Shown here piece by piece: positions 34,904 to 48,056 of a DNA stretch of 64,000 nt (its first letter is position 1; each line of letters opens with the position of its first letter). The position numbers and the translations under genes were made by a program. The notes beneath the pieces were generated by a model, which was given only the letters and a program-made list of their open reading frames with translations, ran no database searches and was not told the DNA's origin. The DNA comes from the human T2T-CHM13v2.0 reference genome, Homo sapiens: assembly GCF_009914755.1 (NCBI RefSeq), contig NC_060931.1. One strand, 5' to 3'.

Positions 34904-35424
34904 ATAATCCTAAAGTATCTACAAGAAAGTTATTATGTCAAAGAAATTAATATAGTGGGGTCACAAAATACAGGTGGGTCAGTATACAAAAATTCAGTGT
35001 ATCAGTAATTGTATTTCTATACTATAAGCAGTAAACAATAGGCAAATGACATTTTTAAAAATTCCTTTTCTAAGTACACCAAGAAGCCTAAAAACCTTAG
35101 AAATAAACTTTATAAAAGAGGCACAACAGCTCTATACAGAAAACTACAAAAACATTGCTGAAAGAAAATCAAAATAAATGGGGATTTTTCATCAGTTGGA
35201 ATACTCAATATTATTAAAATGTTTGTTCTTCCAAAATTCTACGGACATAACACAGTCCCTGTCAGAAACCCAACAGGCATTTTTGTAGCAGTTGATCAGT
35301 TGCTTCTAAAATTTATGCAGACATGCAAAGAACTCATAAAACAGTCAAAAAATCTTTACAAATAACAAAATTGGGAGACTCACACTACCAGATTTCAACA
35401 GTAAAGGGGAAAATAAAAACAGGT

Positions 35425-35682
35425 TAGTGGGCTTTATCTAATCAGCTGAAAGCCTTAATAGAACAAAGATTGACCTCCTCTGAGCAAAAAGGAATTTTGA
35501 CCGCAGGTTGCCTTTGGACTCAAGATGTATTTCTTCCCTGGATCTCCAGACTGCCAGTCTACCCTCCAGATTTTAAACTTAACAAGCCTCTACGAGCATA
35601 TGAGCCAGTTCCTTAAAATAAATCTCGAGCTCTCTCTCTCTCTTTCTCTCTCTGTCTGCCCCCTGTACCACTTTTCCCCATA

Positions 35683-35737
<55 letters not shown>

Positions 35738-35770
35738 CCTATTGGTTCTTTTTCCCTGGAGAACCCTTAC
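35425..35770 (+). mobile_element. MLT2-like ERVL LTR fragment containing (CA)22 at 35691-35734
   Basis: tgagccagttccttaaaataaatctc ... cctattggttctttttccctggagaacc, a typical MLT2 3' end. Confidence 0.75.
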
Positions 35771-36026
35771 ATCTTAACTAAGTAATCAAATTTAGCATCA
35801 AAAAGTATGAGACAAACTAACATTACACAGCATAAACTATGAGGGATTCTTGCCAAAAGTATTAAACCTTATCCAATCAAGTATTTGTTTTATTTTATTT
35901 TTACTTTCTGAGGCCTGGCAGAACCAATCAAGTCTGACTTCTGGTTTTCTAAAAATACAGGAGTTAGAGAAAGAAATTGGACTACACTCAGACAAATTCA
36001 GAACGTGAGAACTTTCTTTGTGCTTA

Positions 36027-36166
36027 TTTTTTTTTTAATATTTAAAAAAAGAGACAGGGTCTTGCCATTTTGCGCATGCTGGTCTCCATCTCCTGGCCTC
36101 ATGCTATCCTTCTGCCTCTGCCTCCCAAAGTGCTGGGATTACAGGTGTTAGCCACCACACCCAGCC
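36027..36166 (-). mobile_element. FLAM / free left Alu monomer
   Basis: Monomer with its own TSD AGAA(C/T)GTGAGAACTTTCT. Confidence 0.85.
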
Positions 36167-38034
36167 AGAATGTGAGAACTTTCTAGAAAACAATTGGCCT
36201 GGCACCTTTTTAAAAAAGTATTATATGTCAAGAGACTACAGAAACATAACTATATGTAATGAGTATCCATTATAAAATTCTCAGTTTGAAAAAAATTCTA
36301 TGAAAGACATTTGGGAGACAAATAAAGCAAATAACCCAATTTAAAAATGGGTAAAGGATCTGAATAGATATTTTTCCAAAGATGATATACAAATGATCAA
36401 CAAGCACATGAAAAGATGTTCAACAGCATTAGCTATCAGAGAAATGCAAATAAAAACCACAAAGAAATGCCACTTTACACCCACTAGGATGACTATAATC
36501 AAAAATATAATAACAAGTGTTGCTGAGGATATGGAGAAATTGGAACCAACATACACTGCTTGTGGGAATGTAAAGTAGTACAGCTGCTTTGGAATACAGT
36601 TTGGCAGTTCCTCAAAAATTAAACATAGAGTTACCATATGGCCCAGCAGTTCATCTCTTAGGTATGTACCAAGAGAAATGAAAGCACATGTCGATATAAA
36701 ACTTGCACATGAATGTTCGTAGCAGCGTTATTCATAATAGCCGGAAGGTGGAAACAGCTCAATGCCATCAACCAATGAATAGATAAACCAAATGTTACCA
36801 CATTCATACAATGGAATATTATTCAGCCATAAAAGTAATGAAGTACTGACACATACTACAGTGCAGACGAACTTTGAAAGCATTATGCTAAGTGAAGGAA
36901 GCCAGACACAAAAGAGCAGATAGTATATGATTCAGTTTATATGAAATGTCTAGAACAGGTAGTTCTGTAGAGACAGAAAGCAGATTGCTGGTCACCAGGA
37001 GCTGAGGGATGTGTATAGATTTTCTTTGTGGGGTGACCAAAATGTTCTGAAATTAGATAGTGGTAATGGTTATACAACTTTGTGAATATACTAAAAACTA
37101 CTGAATTATACATTTTAAAGAGGTAAATTTTTATGGTATGTGAATTACATCTCAATAAAGCTGCTAAAAATAAAATAGTAGTCAAAAAGGCCCCAGTTTT
37201 CTAACTGGAGTCTCCTTGTGTGGCAATAACTCTTACCCAAGACTTCTGTTGGTCGCATGAAAGGGGAGCATTCAAACTTGTTCATATACTTCCACTGGCT
37301 TTTGAGACCTTATAAGGCAGATGCCTTCCCTAGTACATACAAGAATCCAGGAACTAAGAATGCACTCAATGTAGACCCTTATAAGCTGATATCTATTTTC
37401 CACTGGAAAGAAGTGGTTCCCCTGCATCTGAGACTTCCCAGAACTGAAAGCATCAAAGGAGCAGCTATCTGAACCTTTCCAGTAGCAGCTGCTATGCACT
37501 AGTCGGAGGAGTGTATGCCACCACAGATCAAATCCCATGTTAACAAACTTATGCCAGTGGAAATTTCAGTATAACCAAATATTTTGAAAATCTCAATCAT
37601 TTAAAGTAATAATATGTAATAAAATGCTAGTGTAGTAAGAGAAATGGGATAGTCTCTTGGAATTGATTGTAATGGGATATGACATCTGTCATTGTCAATA
37701 GGCTGAATTTTAGTCATCTTAGAGACAGAAAATGTAAAGGATAATAGTTTGCAGTGTAGTTAGAGATGAGAAACAATAAAATGATGGTAAGTACTAGATG
37801 AATAATTTTAAAAATGCTATAGTAATTCAAAATTTGCTACTAGTGTCCATTTATAGAGCACCTACTTTGAGCATGAAAAGTTCCCGGGTACTGTAGACGG
37901 AATGACATAAAGGTCGCCTCTGCCTAAAGTCCATTATTTAAAAGTTTGGTCAGTTTTTCTAAAACTGCTTTCCATTTTTAACAAGCTTATATTCGTAAAA
38001 GCCAAAAGTACTGTTTTCTTTTGTTCTGTAATAG

Positions 38035-38185
38035 ATGCTGTGAGAGAAGTAAGGAAATATTCCTCAGTTCATACCATTGAGAAGAGCTCCACCAGCAGAC
38101 CTGATGCCTATGAACACACACAGATGAAACTTTTTAGGTCTCAAAGAAATCTTTACATTTCTGGATTTTCCCTATTTTTTTGGCT
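38035..38185 (+). CDS. BCAP29: BCAP29 exon 4
   Basis: gtaatag|AT ... CT|gtaagt; 151 nt; DAVREVRKYSSVHTIEKSSTSRPDAYEHTQMKLFRSQRNLYISGFSLFFWL (family QRNLYI motif, TM3). Confidence 0.96.
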
Positions 38186-38269
38186 GTAAGTAAAAAATAA
38201 TAATAGAAGCACAATTTAAAAACATGACTTATGCTTTCCTTTCTCATTTTGTCCACCTTTACTGTAGAT

Positions 38270-38896
<627 letters not shown>

Positions 38897-39961
38897 TGTA
38901 GATTTTTTTATAACATCTTTGTAAAAGAATTCAGATGATATACCCAAATAACAAACAGTAGTTAACAGCTTGTAGGTTTGCCCAGTCCATAAGGCCCTGA
39001 ATGATTAGGCTCCTGCCTCTCTTTGGAGCCTTGTCTCATACGTGTCTCTGAGATGTACAATACATTCCACCCTTACAGACCTTCACCATTTATTCATTCA
39101 TTCCATCTTGCAACAGATATTGATTGAGTTCTGTGGTGTACCTAACTCTTTCCCATTTTAGGGTCTTTACACAAGCTCTTCCTTTTGCCAGAACACTCTT
39201 TTCTTTCCTCATTTCCTGGCTAACTCTTACTCATCCATTAGCCTCTTTCTCAAAGCCTTCTGTGGCCATCACTACCCACAAAGTAGGTAGGTCTTCTCTT
39301 ACAGGTGCTCAAAGAATGTATATATACTTCATTTTCTAGTGTCATTCATGGTTGTAATTAAATACTGTTTTAACTTTTGCTTCCACAACTAGGAGCTAAA
39401 CCCCTGAGGGCATGGACTTTGCTGTTTTCCGCTGTGTCTGCAGTGCCTGGCAGAGTGTCTTAACACTTAGCAGTTCCTGAGTAAAGGAATGTCTGCTGAA
39501 TGAATAATTGAAGATAGTCATCACTATTTCTTCTAACAATGGCAGTTACACATAAACGGATGTGAATGAGCTGTTCTTCGGCTTGTTTGACCTTACACAA
39601 TGTTCCTTAAATAGCAGAATTTGAACTGGGCCAAAAAAAATAATTCTCCTACTGGCCCTGTCACACTGTCTGAAATTTTCCTGTTTCTATTCCTCCAAGC
39701 TAAAGCCTTCTACAGGAAAACAAATAAGTACCACTGAACCTGTATTCTAAATGCTGGTCTTCTAACAAAGATTCCAAAGGAATGAGACACGGGCCTGTTT
39801 TTACTAAGAGACTTGAATTAAAAAAAGAATAATGGGTTCTGCCTAAACATTATCTGCCACCACCACACCTATATCTAATGGGGAGTAATTTGGCAATGAC
39901 TGTTTTAAAATAAGTTTCTGGTGATTGGCCAGTAATACATTATTCTGGTTTTTTTTCTTAG

Positions 39962-40097
39962 AGTTTTGAGACGTCTGGTTACGCTTATTACTCAACTGGC
40001 AAAAGAACTGTCAAACAAAGGTGTACTTAAAACTCAAGCAGAAAATACTAACAAGGCTGCCAAAAAATTTATGGAAGAAAACGAAAAACTAAAAAGG
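39962..40097 (+). CDS. BCAP29: BCAP29 exon 5
   Basis: tttttttcttag|A ... AGG|gtattt; 136 nt; VLRRLVTLITQLAKELSNKGVLKTQAENTNKAAKKFMEENEKLKR. Confidence 0.96.
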
Positions 40098-41614
40098 GTA
40101 TTTAATTTTCTTTGTAAAAATTAAATGTTGTTGGTGTTCCCGAGGAGTAATGTATTTGTTTTCAGCATCAAAAAGAGCATTTTTATATTTTATAAGCAGA
40201 AAATGACCATAATTAACAATATTTTATGTAATGATTATTTCAAGAATAGTTTTACTGTTCTTTAGAAATGCTTGTTCACACTAATATTTTTACTATTATT
40301 TAGATTTGCTTTTTCTCCATAGTGGATTTATACCATTGGACCTATTTTCTGTGATTTAAGGAGAAAATAGTATTCTGGGAATATGAATTTTAATTCCTTC
40401 ATTACCGTTAAGTTTACTTTATAATCTAAAGCAAGTCTTTATAACTGTTTCTATTTCTTTTTCAGTTAAAGTATTTTTAAGCCTAGATTTTCGTTTTCTT
40501 TTAAATGATTGGTTTATAGAAAGCAGAGAAACGTCATTGATGCTAGATTGATAATTGCACATAATATTTGAAATCTTTAATGTTATTCCTTTATTTTCTA
40601 TCTTTTGATCTCATTTCACAGTGGCAAAAATAAAAACACAGTCATTAAAGCTTTGATTGATAGTGTTAACTAAACTCAAAAGCACGCAGCCTTGTATTTA
40701 TAGAACAACTGATCATGTACATATCTTAATTTAAAATTATACACATCATTTTGGAGTAATGATTTGTAACCATCAGAACACTGCTTTTTTTCCTCTTCAA
40801 TTGTTTTTCTCTTATTCTTTAGCTCTAAGAAAATGGAAAGTGTTATTTTTTTCATACATACCATACTTAATACACTTAAATTAGTCTTGCCCTTTTAAAA
40901 AAAGCACCTTCCTCAAAATACTTTTGCAACTTTTCTCTTGGAATTGTTTTCAGAACCATTTACCCATGCAAGGAAACTTATGTCATGATTACCAATTCCT
41001 TGACCCTGCGTGATTTATTCTTTCTGTTTGTTTGTTTTCCTCTCCTTTGTTTCCATACTGTCCTGATTTGCTGCTTCCTGCATAGCTGTGACCCAATCAG
41101 AGGAGGCACAGATATGCTGGGCTAAAGCCAGTACACAGTGGGGAGAAAGTCTTTGAGCAGCACATAAAAGCAGCTGTCAGTGCCCAGAGTATAACTAATT
41201 GACCAATAAAGTGACCAACAAAGGCCATAAGTGAGAATATAAAAGATGACGTCTGTTTCAAGGTACTTCATGTAGGTTTTGAAAAATAAGCTAAGGAAAG
41301 ATAAGCTTGTGAAAACACCCCCTTTGTTTTGTCCTTCCTTCCTTTCTTTCCTTTCCTCTCCTTCCCTCCCTTCCTCCCCAGACTGATCTCAAACTTTTGG
41401 CCTCAAGCAGTCTTCCCACCTTGGCCTCCAGAAGTGCTGGGATTATAGGCAAGAGTCACCGCGCCCAGCCATACCTCTTCATTCTCTATCAGAGACACAT
41501 TATCCAGTGGAAACTGCATTACCCTGAGATCCGAGAGACTTAGGTGCTAGTTCCAACATGTGACCTAGCACAAATCACCTATGTTAATGGGCCTCAAAGT
41601 TCCTTAGCTATAAA

Positions 41615-41850
41615 TAATAGTTAACATTGTGCCAGGTATTGCTTCATATGCTTCACAACAAGGTTTTTAACTGTTAATTTTCACAAAAGTCCCTTGAGTT
41701 TGGTATTGTTATTATCTGCATTTTATAGATGAGGAAATGGAGGCATAGAAAGGTTAAGTGACTTGTACAAGATCATTCAACTAATATGTGACAGAACTAA
41801 AATTTGAACCTAAGCAGCCTGACTCTAGAATCCACATTCATAACCACATT
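41615..41850 (-). mobile_element. MIR SINE
   Basis: cattttatagatgaggaaatggaggcatagaaaggttaagtgacttg. Confidence 0.8.
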
Positions 41851-42886
41851 ATTTTGTGCCCTCAACTCCTATGTTATCTGATAGAACAATTTCCACGTGG
41901 TACCTATGACCACTTTCTGTTCTGATATTCAGTTAAAGAAATGAAATAATTATGAAAGACCAATTAACTTTTAATTTTACTTCTTCAGTGTGATAGAGCT
42001 TTACTTTGTCCTGATTTTTTTTTCCAGCCACGTAACTTAACCAAGGTGGGATAATTTGGATTAGACAGTGAACGCTTGCATTGTTGTAGCTGGTAAACAT
42101 TAAATTTCAGATTTCAGTGTTCTTGGTCTTTCTCCAGCGTCAAGTTACACATCATAAATTTAGGCAAGTTTACAGGTGCAGTAGTGAAAGCTTATTTACA
42201 AGACTAACACAAATCCACCTTTTCCAAGTCAATGGCATGAAAATTCAAGCAGTCAGCGAAAACGTTCCTGCAACTCAATGATTCTCTTCTAATTTGGGTA
42301 ATCACTGGAGATTTTATGAACTGAATTCAGTGAAGTAATAGCTGGAGTTGTTTTCAACTTGAAGTAGGCAACACATTAAAAGAGATTTGGAGAAATTTTT
42401 TTCTTGTGCTGCTCTTTACAAAAAAGAAAAACTTTTAATTTGAGAAGATATGAGGCTCCTTTAGTTTCAGAATGTATTTCAATCCTCCCTTCTCCAAAAA
42501 ACAGTCCTTGGGATTATATAATATATGCATTAGAGCTTTAATTCCTTCTCTGAGCTGCCTAATCTCTATATAGCACAGTAGTACTGTATTTGGTCTTGTG
42601 CTACAGTTTTTATGCTCGTTTCGTCCTTTCTACTAGATTGAAGTTATTCAAAAGTAGAGACCATGTTTCTCTTATATTTTTATCTCTTACAGCACCTTAC
42701 ATTGTAAAAATATTTGCATGTAGTCATTGCTCAGTAGAACTTTGTATTTTGATGAATATATTGGCTTACATTAGAAAATGAATCACCCTGCAGTGAAATT
42801 CCTCTCTTATGTTAGTCTGTTTAAAATTCTCCTGTGTTCCTTTTTTACCTGACTATAGAACCTGTCAGTATCAAGTTGCTGCCACT

Positions 42887-43697
42887 GGCCAGGTGCAGTG
42901 GCTGATGCCTGTCATCTTAGCACTTTGGGAGGCTGAGGTGAGAAGATTGCTTGAGGCCAGGAATTTAAGACCAGCCTGGGCAATACAGTATACACACACA
43001 CACACACACACACACACGCACGCACATATATGTGCACACGTGTATATATAAATTTATATATCTATAAATTTATATATATTTATAGATCAAATTTATATAT
43101 ATATAAATTTATATTAAAAATTTGTATATATATAAAATATATTTATAAATATATAAATATATTAAAAATTTATATGTATATAAATATATATTTATAAATA
43201 TATAAATATATTAAAAATTTATATGTATATAAATATATATTTATAAATATATAAATATATTAAAATTTATATGTATATAAATATATATTTATAAATATAT
43301 AAATACATAATTATATATATTTATATATAAATATATATAATTTTTATATATATATTTATATATAAATATATATAATTTTTATATATATATTTATATATAA
43401 ATATATATAATTTTTATATATATATTTATATATAATTTTTATATATAAATTATATATAAATTTTATATATATATATATAAATATATATATGCACACATAT
43501 ATATATATATAATTTTTTGTAAAATTAGCCTGCCATGGTGGCACACGCCTATAGTCTCAGCTACTCAAGAGGCTGAGATGGGAGGATCACTTAAGCCCAG
43601 GAGGTCAGGGCTGAAGAGACTATGGGTTGCACCACTGTACTCCAGCCTGGGTGACAGAGTGAGACCCTGTTTCTTAAAAAAAAAAAAAGAAAAAAAA
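42887..43697 (+). mobile_element. AluJ split by a ~530-bp (CA)n/AT-rich minisatellite
   Basis: Left monomer to ~42989, right monomer from ~43521; TSD AAGT(T/A)GCTGCC. Confidence 0.88.
42990..43520. repeat. AT-rich compound minisatellite (~49-bp unit x4, 35-bp unit x3)
   Basis: Anchor ttaaaa(a)ttt at 43114, 43162, 43211, 43260; ttttt at 43341, 43376, 43411. Confidence 0.9.
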
Positions 43698-44550
43698 GTA
43701 GCTGCCTGCCTCTTTATTTAATCTATTGACCCACAACAGTATACATATTATGTTTTTCAAACATTTACTTTGTCTTTCTAGGTAATTTAAATGCTTTATC
43801 ATTTCTTTAAGTCAGCTTCTTAGTTCTGATGATAATTATAGTTTCTGTACACAATACAGATGATTAAATTTTTACTCCATGATAATTTTATTTTGATCAG
43901 TTGTTTTACTATATGGATCTTAATTTTTCTTACCTAGAAAAGATAAGCTACAAACACTAACATTTTTAAAGCCAGAATCAATTTTAAAATATAAAGAGCA
44001 TTATAAAGGATTAATGGAATAACAGTAATTTGGAAACTATTCAATGAAAATTAGAACTTTCCAGCTGTAGAAATGGTCCTGTCATTTCCCACTTACCCAT
44101 CTCCACTCTGACATATTCTTCTCTTACAAATTTGTCTGTATAAAAATAGGCTGAGTAGATAGCTCTACAATCAGAACATAATGGTTTTCTAATTAATATC
44201 ATCCTCAGAACTGTTTTTTTCCCTTAGATTTACATTTCTCATTAATTGAGGAAGAAAGACTGACGTTATTTACCTAAATACTTTTGAGAATATTATTTTA
44301 ATCACAGCAACTAGAAATTCTTATGTTCATTTTACAGATTTTGCCATAATAGGAAATCTTTTTTGTGTGTTTCCCAAATATTAAGTTTCTGTTAGCAAAA
44401 GTACATTGTAGAAAACTATAAAATTCTGAAAAGGACAAAGAATAAATTATAAACAGGTAAGTTTAGATAGGTTACTCAGCTTATTTTCTGTAAGAATGTC
44501 TGGCTATTGCAATCTAAGCTTATTTCTTCCTGTATCTCCTTTTGCAATAG

Positions 44551-44659
44551 ATTTTGAAAAGCCATGGTAAAGATGAAGAATGTGTTTTGGAAGCAGAAAA
44601 TAAAAAACTAGTAGAAGACCAGGAGAAACTGAAAACTGAATTAAGGAAGACTTCAGATG
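44551..44659 (+). CDS. BCAP29: BCAP29 exon 6
   Basis: ccttttgcaatag|ATT ... GATG|gtaact; 109 nt; ILKSHGKDEECVLEAENKKLVEDQEKLKTELRKTSD (coiled coil). Confidence 0.95.
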
Positions 44660-44889
44660 GTAACTTTGTGTACATGTGAAAAAGTAAAAAGACTAGCATG
44701 ATATTTTATGCTGTACACTTCACTGTTTTTCCTAAAACAAAACTAATGCCTAAATGTTCTTCTAAGATACCGAGAATGACCTATTTATAAATTCTTGTTC
44801 AAATATGAAGATAAAACATTATGTCAGCCAAGAGAAACATGCTCTGTTATACAGAAAAACATGTAGGTGTTTCAGATCTGTGTTGTAAA

Positions 44890-45310
44890 TACAGATGTTC
44901 TTGCCTTAGCAAAAGAGCTGTGTTCCTAAAAAGTTGTTTATAAATGTGTTTTTATAAAAAGAATCACATTTTTCCATCATCGTATATTCCTCCTCTCAGA
45001 GAAGCAATTGTAGGGGAACAGTTTTCTTACAAGAAAATATATTGTTTATTTCAAGCACTAATATATTCTACCTGTTAGACATAAGGAAAGCGTTCCTTGA
45101 AAGAGGTGGGTAGGCACAGAGTAGGCAACAATATCTGGGATGTCAGCTAAGAATTTGAGTGCCTCCTTCCCACATAACATTGCAGTGTAGGCTTGAAGTG
45201 GAGCATCCCAACTCCATTTTCCTGAAGGCAGCAATTTCTTCTACATTAAAAAAAAAAGTTTTGCTAGTGTTTTTTTCTTAGTCAAAGAACAAATTATTTT
45301 TGTTGCATCT
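44890..45310. mobile_element. Possible TcMar-Tigger remnant
   Basis: tacagatgttcttgccttagc ... gttcctaaaaagttg start and gcatctg end resemble Tigger termini. Confidence 0.35.
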
Positions 45311-47118
45311 GCACAGCACAGAAAAGTAGATAACCCAAATTCAGTGTCATCCAAGAAAACTCAGTGTAAGTTTGTGGCTTGATGATTTGCAACATTTCTG
45401 CATACAACAGATAGTTTTTTATGTTGGCCAGACACTGAGAAACCTCACTTTCAGTTGGTGTTAAGGTACGTTGTTTGGATAGGGTTTACTTCAATCAGGG
45501 TGTATTTGAATTTGAGATGAAAAACATAAAAATAAAAGCTAATTCTGTGAATAGAACAGAAATCCACTGGAGAATATTTATGTGATACAAAATTCTTTAG
45601 TCACGTTCCTCCTTATTATTTCAAGTGAAAAAAAGAAGACAGTTCAGAAGCAATAAGTTAAAAAATAAATTACCCTTATAGACAAAGTGGTATATTATGT
45701 AGTTGGCATAGTATAGCCCAAAATTCAAGAATCTTCTAGTTGGTACTGTTGCCTTTTCTGTAATTCCAAAAGATTTCGAACATGATCAAGAAATGTTATT
45801 GTTTATATGAAAATGAATTTAATAGTTACCTACCGTTTACAACAGACATTTCAGAAGAGAAACTAGTGTTCTTTTTTAACCCTGCATAAAATATTGCTAC
45901 CAATTCTTTTGAAGAATGAAACCATCTATTTCCAAAACACAAAAATATTCTTTCAAAATCCTGCTTTCTTTTTTCTGTATCCACCAAGAATCTCTTTTCT
46001 TATGTTGTAAGCAGGGTGGCACAAAAATAAAAGATAGACAAGAGTGTATGTGTGCTACACTTCTCTTAACCCTGCACAATTGAGTTTCTCCTTTCACCTT
46101 TCAAAAATTCCAGCTCTGAGATATTTTGAGTTTTAACTCTTTAAATCTGGCATAAAACTTAACTTAGTATTACATGAGCATTTCTTTAAAAGACAAAATC
46201 AGATTTTAGAAAAAATGAACTCTTTGACAATGTAAGCATTGTGTTTACAATCTGATAACAACTGATACCAGCTTCTGTGTTTGAAGTATAGACTGCAGAG
46301 CTACTTTCAAAGTGAATTAGTGTTCAGGTAAAGGCAGATTTTACCTGTTCGAGTGTGTCCTGTTTGGTTCCAGCAAGACATATAATATTTTATGAACATG
46401 TTTTATTTACCCTAAGTTTTTTTAAAAAATAACATTTGTAATGACCTTGAGAAGATCAGAGTTCCGTTTCTAAAGAAGGTGTTTCCTTGGTCATGTTCTG
46501 TTGACCTAAACCAGTTAAATTCAGTAAGGTAAGAACTAAGAAAATATATCAATTAATAGTGCATGATTTGGATGAATTCAGTGGTACAATGCTTTGTGCA
46601 CAGTACCACTCAAAAATATTCATTGATTTCTAAATATTGAGGGTGTTAAGGTGACAAGGCTTAAGAAAGATTTAGAAAGAGATCTTACATTTGAAAATTG
46701 AGTAAAAAAAAAGCAATTTTTTTTTTTAGAGGAAAATAGGGTGTTTTCCATATGAATTTTCTTATCCTTTGTGTTACTTAAATCTAAGTGAAACATTTTC
46801 TCCCAAGTGTATTATTGGAAACAAAACGTAAATACAAATGTTTATTTAAGCTAGTTAGCCCCAAATTTAAAAAGTGGCATTCTGAAGGCAGCTACTGAGA
46901 ACACTCTATCAGTAGTGGCAAACACCTTCAGTTTTTAACCTCCAACTCCTATTTTGACCAAAGTTTGTAAACTATTACCGGTGCTTCCGTGCAGTAATAT
47001 CACCCTAGCACAGACATTGCATTTAGTGGAAAAACCTTCTGATGTCCAAAGAGATTGACTTTAAAGGTCTCTTCCAGGAAAACTACTTATTTTCATAAAT
47101 GAATACCTTCTTTTATTC

Positions 47119-47421
47119 TTTTTTTTTTTTTTTTTTTTTTTGAGATGAAGTCTCACTCTGTCGCCCAGGCTGGAGTGCAGTGGTGGGATCTGGCTCACTG
47201 CAAGCTCTGCCTCCCGGGTTCACGCCATTCTCCAGCCTCAGCCTCCCAAGTAGCTGGGACTACAGGTGCCTGCCGCCACGCCTGGCTAATTTTTTTGTAT
47301 TTTTAGTAGAGATGGGGTTTCCCCATGTTAGCCAGGATGGTCTCAATCTCCTGACCTTGTGATCTGCCCGCGTCGGCCTCCCAAAGTGCTGGGATTACAG
47401 GTGTGAGCTACTGCGCCCGGT
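47119..47421 (-). mobile_element. AluY element
   Basis: gggttcacgccattctcc and ttagccaggatggtctc diagnostics. Confidence 0.92.
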
Positions 47422-47756
47422 CTCCTTTATTCTTATAACTAGAAATATGTAGCATTCAGTCATTGTATGCATCCAAGCAATGATAAAAGTAAATATCGTT
47501 TAAAAAGTGATTGAGCTGCATGTGGAAATGTCTGTTCTTCATTCTTTTAGGAGCAGGAATACATATAGATATAAAAAACATCCCATATTTTAAAAGGAAT
47601 TCTTAGGGCTGCCAATCTTGTAGTAAAGGTTGAATTAGCAGTATATGTCTTCTACATAAAGGAAAAGAGAAAACAGTAATTGGGGGAAATTTCTTGACCA
47701 TTCCTTTCTTCTGTTTGTTCCTGCTTTCCTTTGTTCCTTCTTTGTTTCATCAGCAA

Positions 47757-48056
47757 TTTTTTTTTTTTTTTTTTTTTGAGACAGAGTCTCACTGTCACCC
47801 AGGTGGGAGTGCAGTGGTGCAGTCTTGGCTTACTGCAACCTCGAACTCCTGGACTCAGGAGATCCTCCCGCCTCAGCCTCCTGAGTAGCTGGGACTACAT
47901 GTGTGCACCACCATGCCCGCCTAATTTTTTTGATTTTTTGTAAAGACAGGGTCTCGCTTTGCTACTTAGTCTGGTCTTGAACTTCTGGCTTCAAGCCCTT
48001 CCTCCTCAGCCTCCAAAAACGCTGGGATTACAGGCATGAACTGCTGTGCCTGGGCC
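47757..48056 (-). mobile_element. AluJ element
   Basis: TSD TCAGCAATTTTT. Confidence 0.9.

Larger units (their letters stand above)
31630..37170 (+). mobile_element. Cluster of old L1 fragments (ORF2 and 3' ends) interrupted by MER1, Alu and LTR pieces
   Basis: ORF 36393-36578 [18 protein letters not shown] is the L1 ORF2 C-terminus. tatttgcagatgacacgatt (RT FADD region) ~34540. L1MB-type 3' end tacatctcaataaagctg at ~37150. Confidence 0.8.

Noticed and set aside
37257-37538. Overlapping 71-aa and 88-aa ORFs in unique-looking intronic sequence
   Set aside because: No recognisable homology, splice signals or processed-pseudogene hallmarks; would need BLAST/Dfam to say more.
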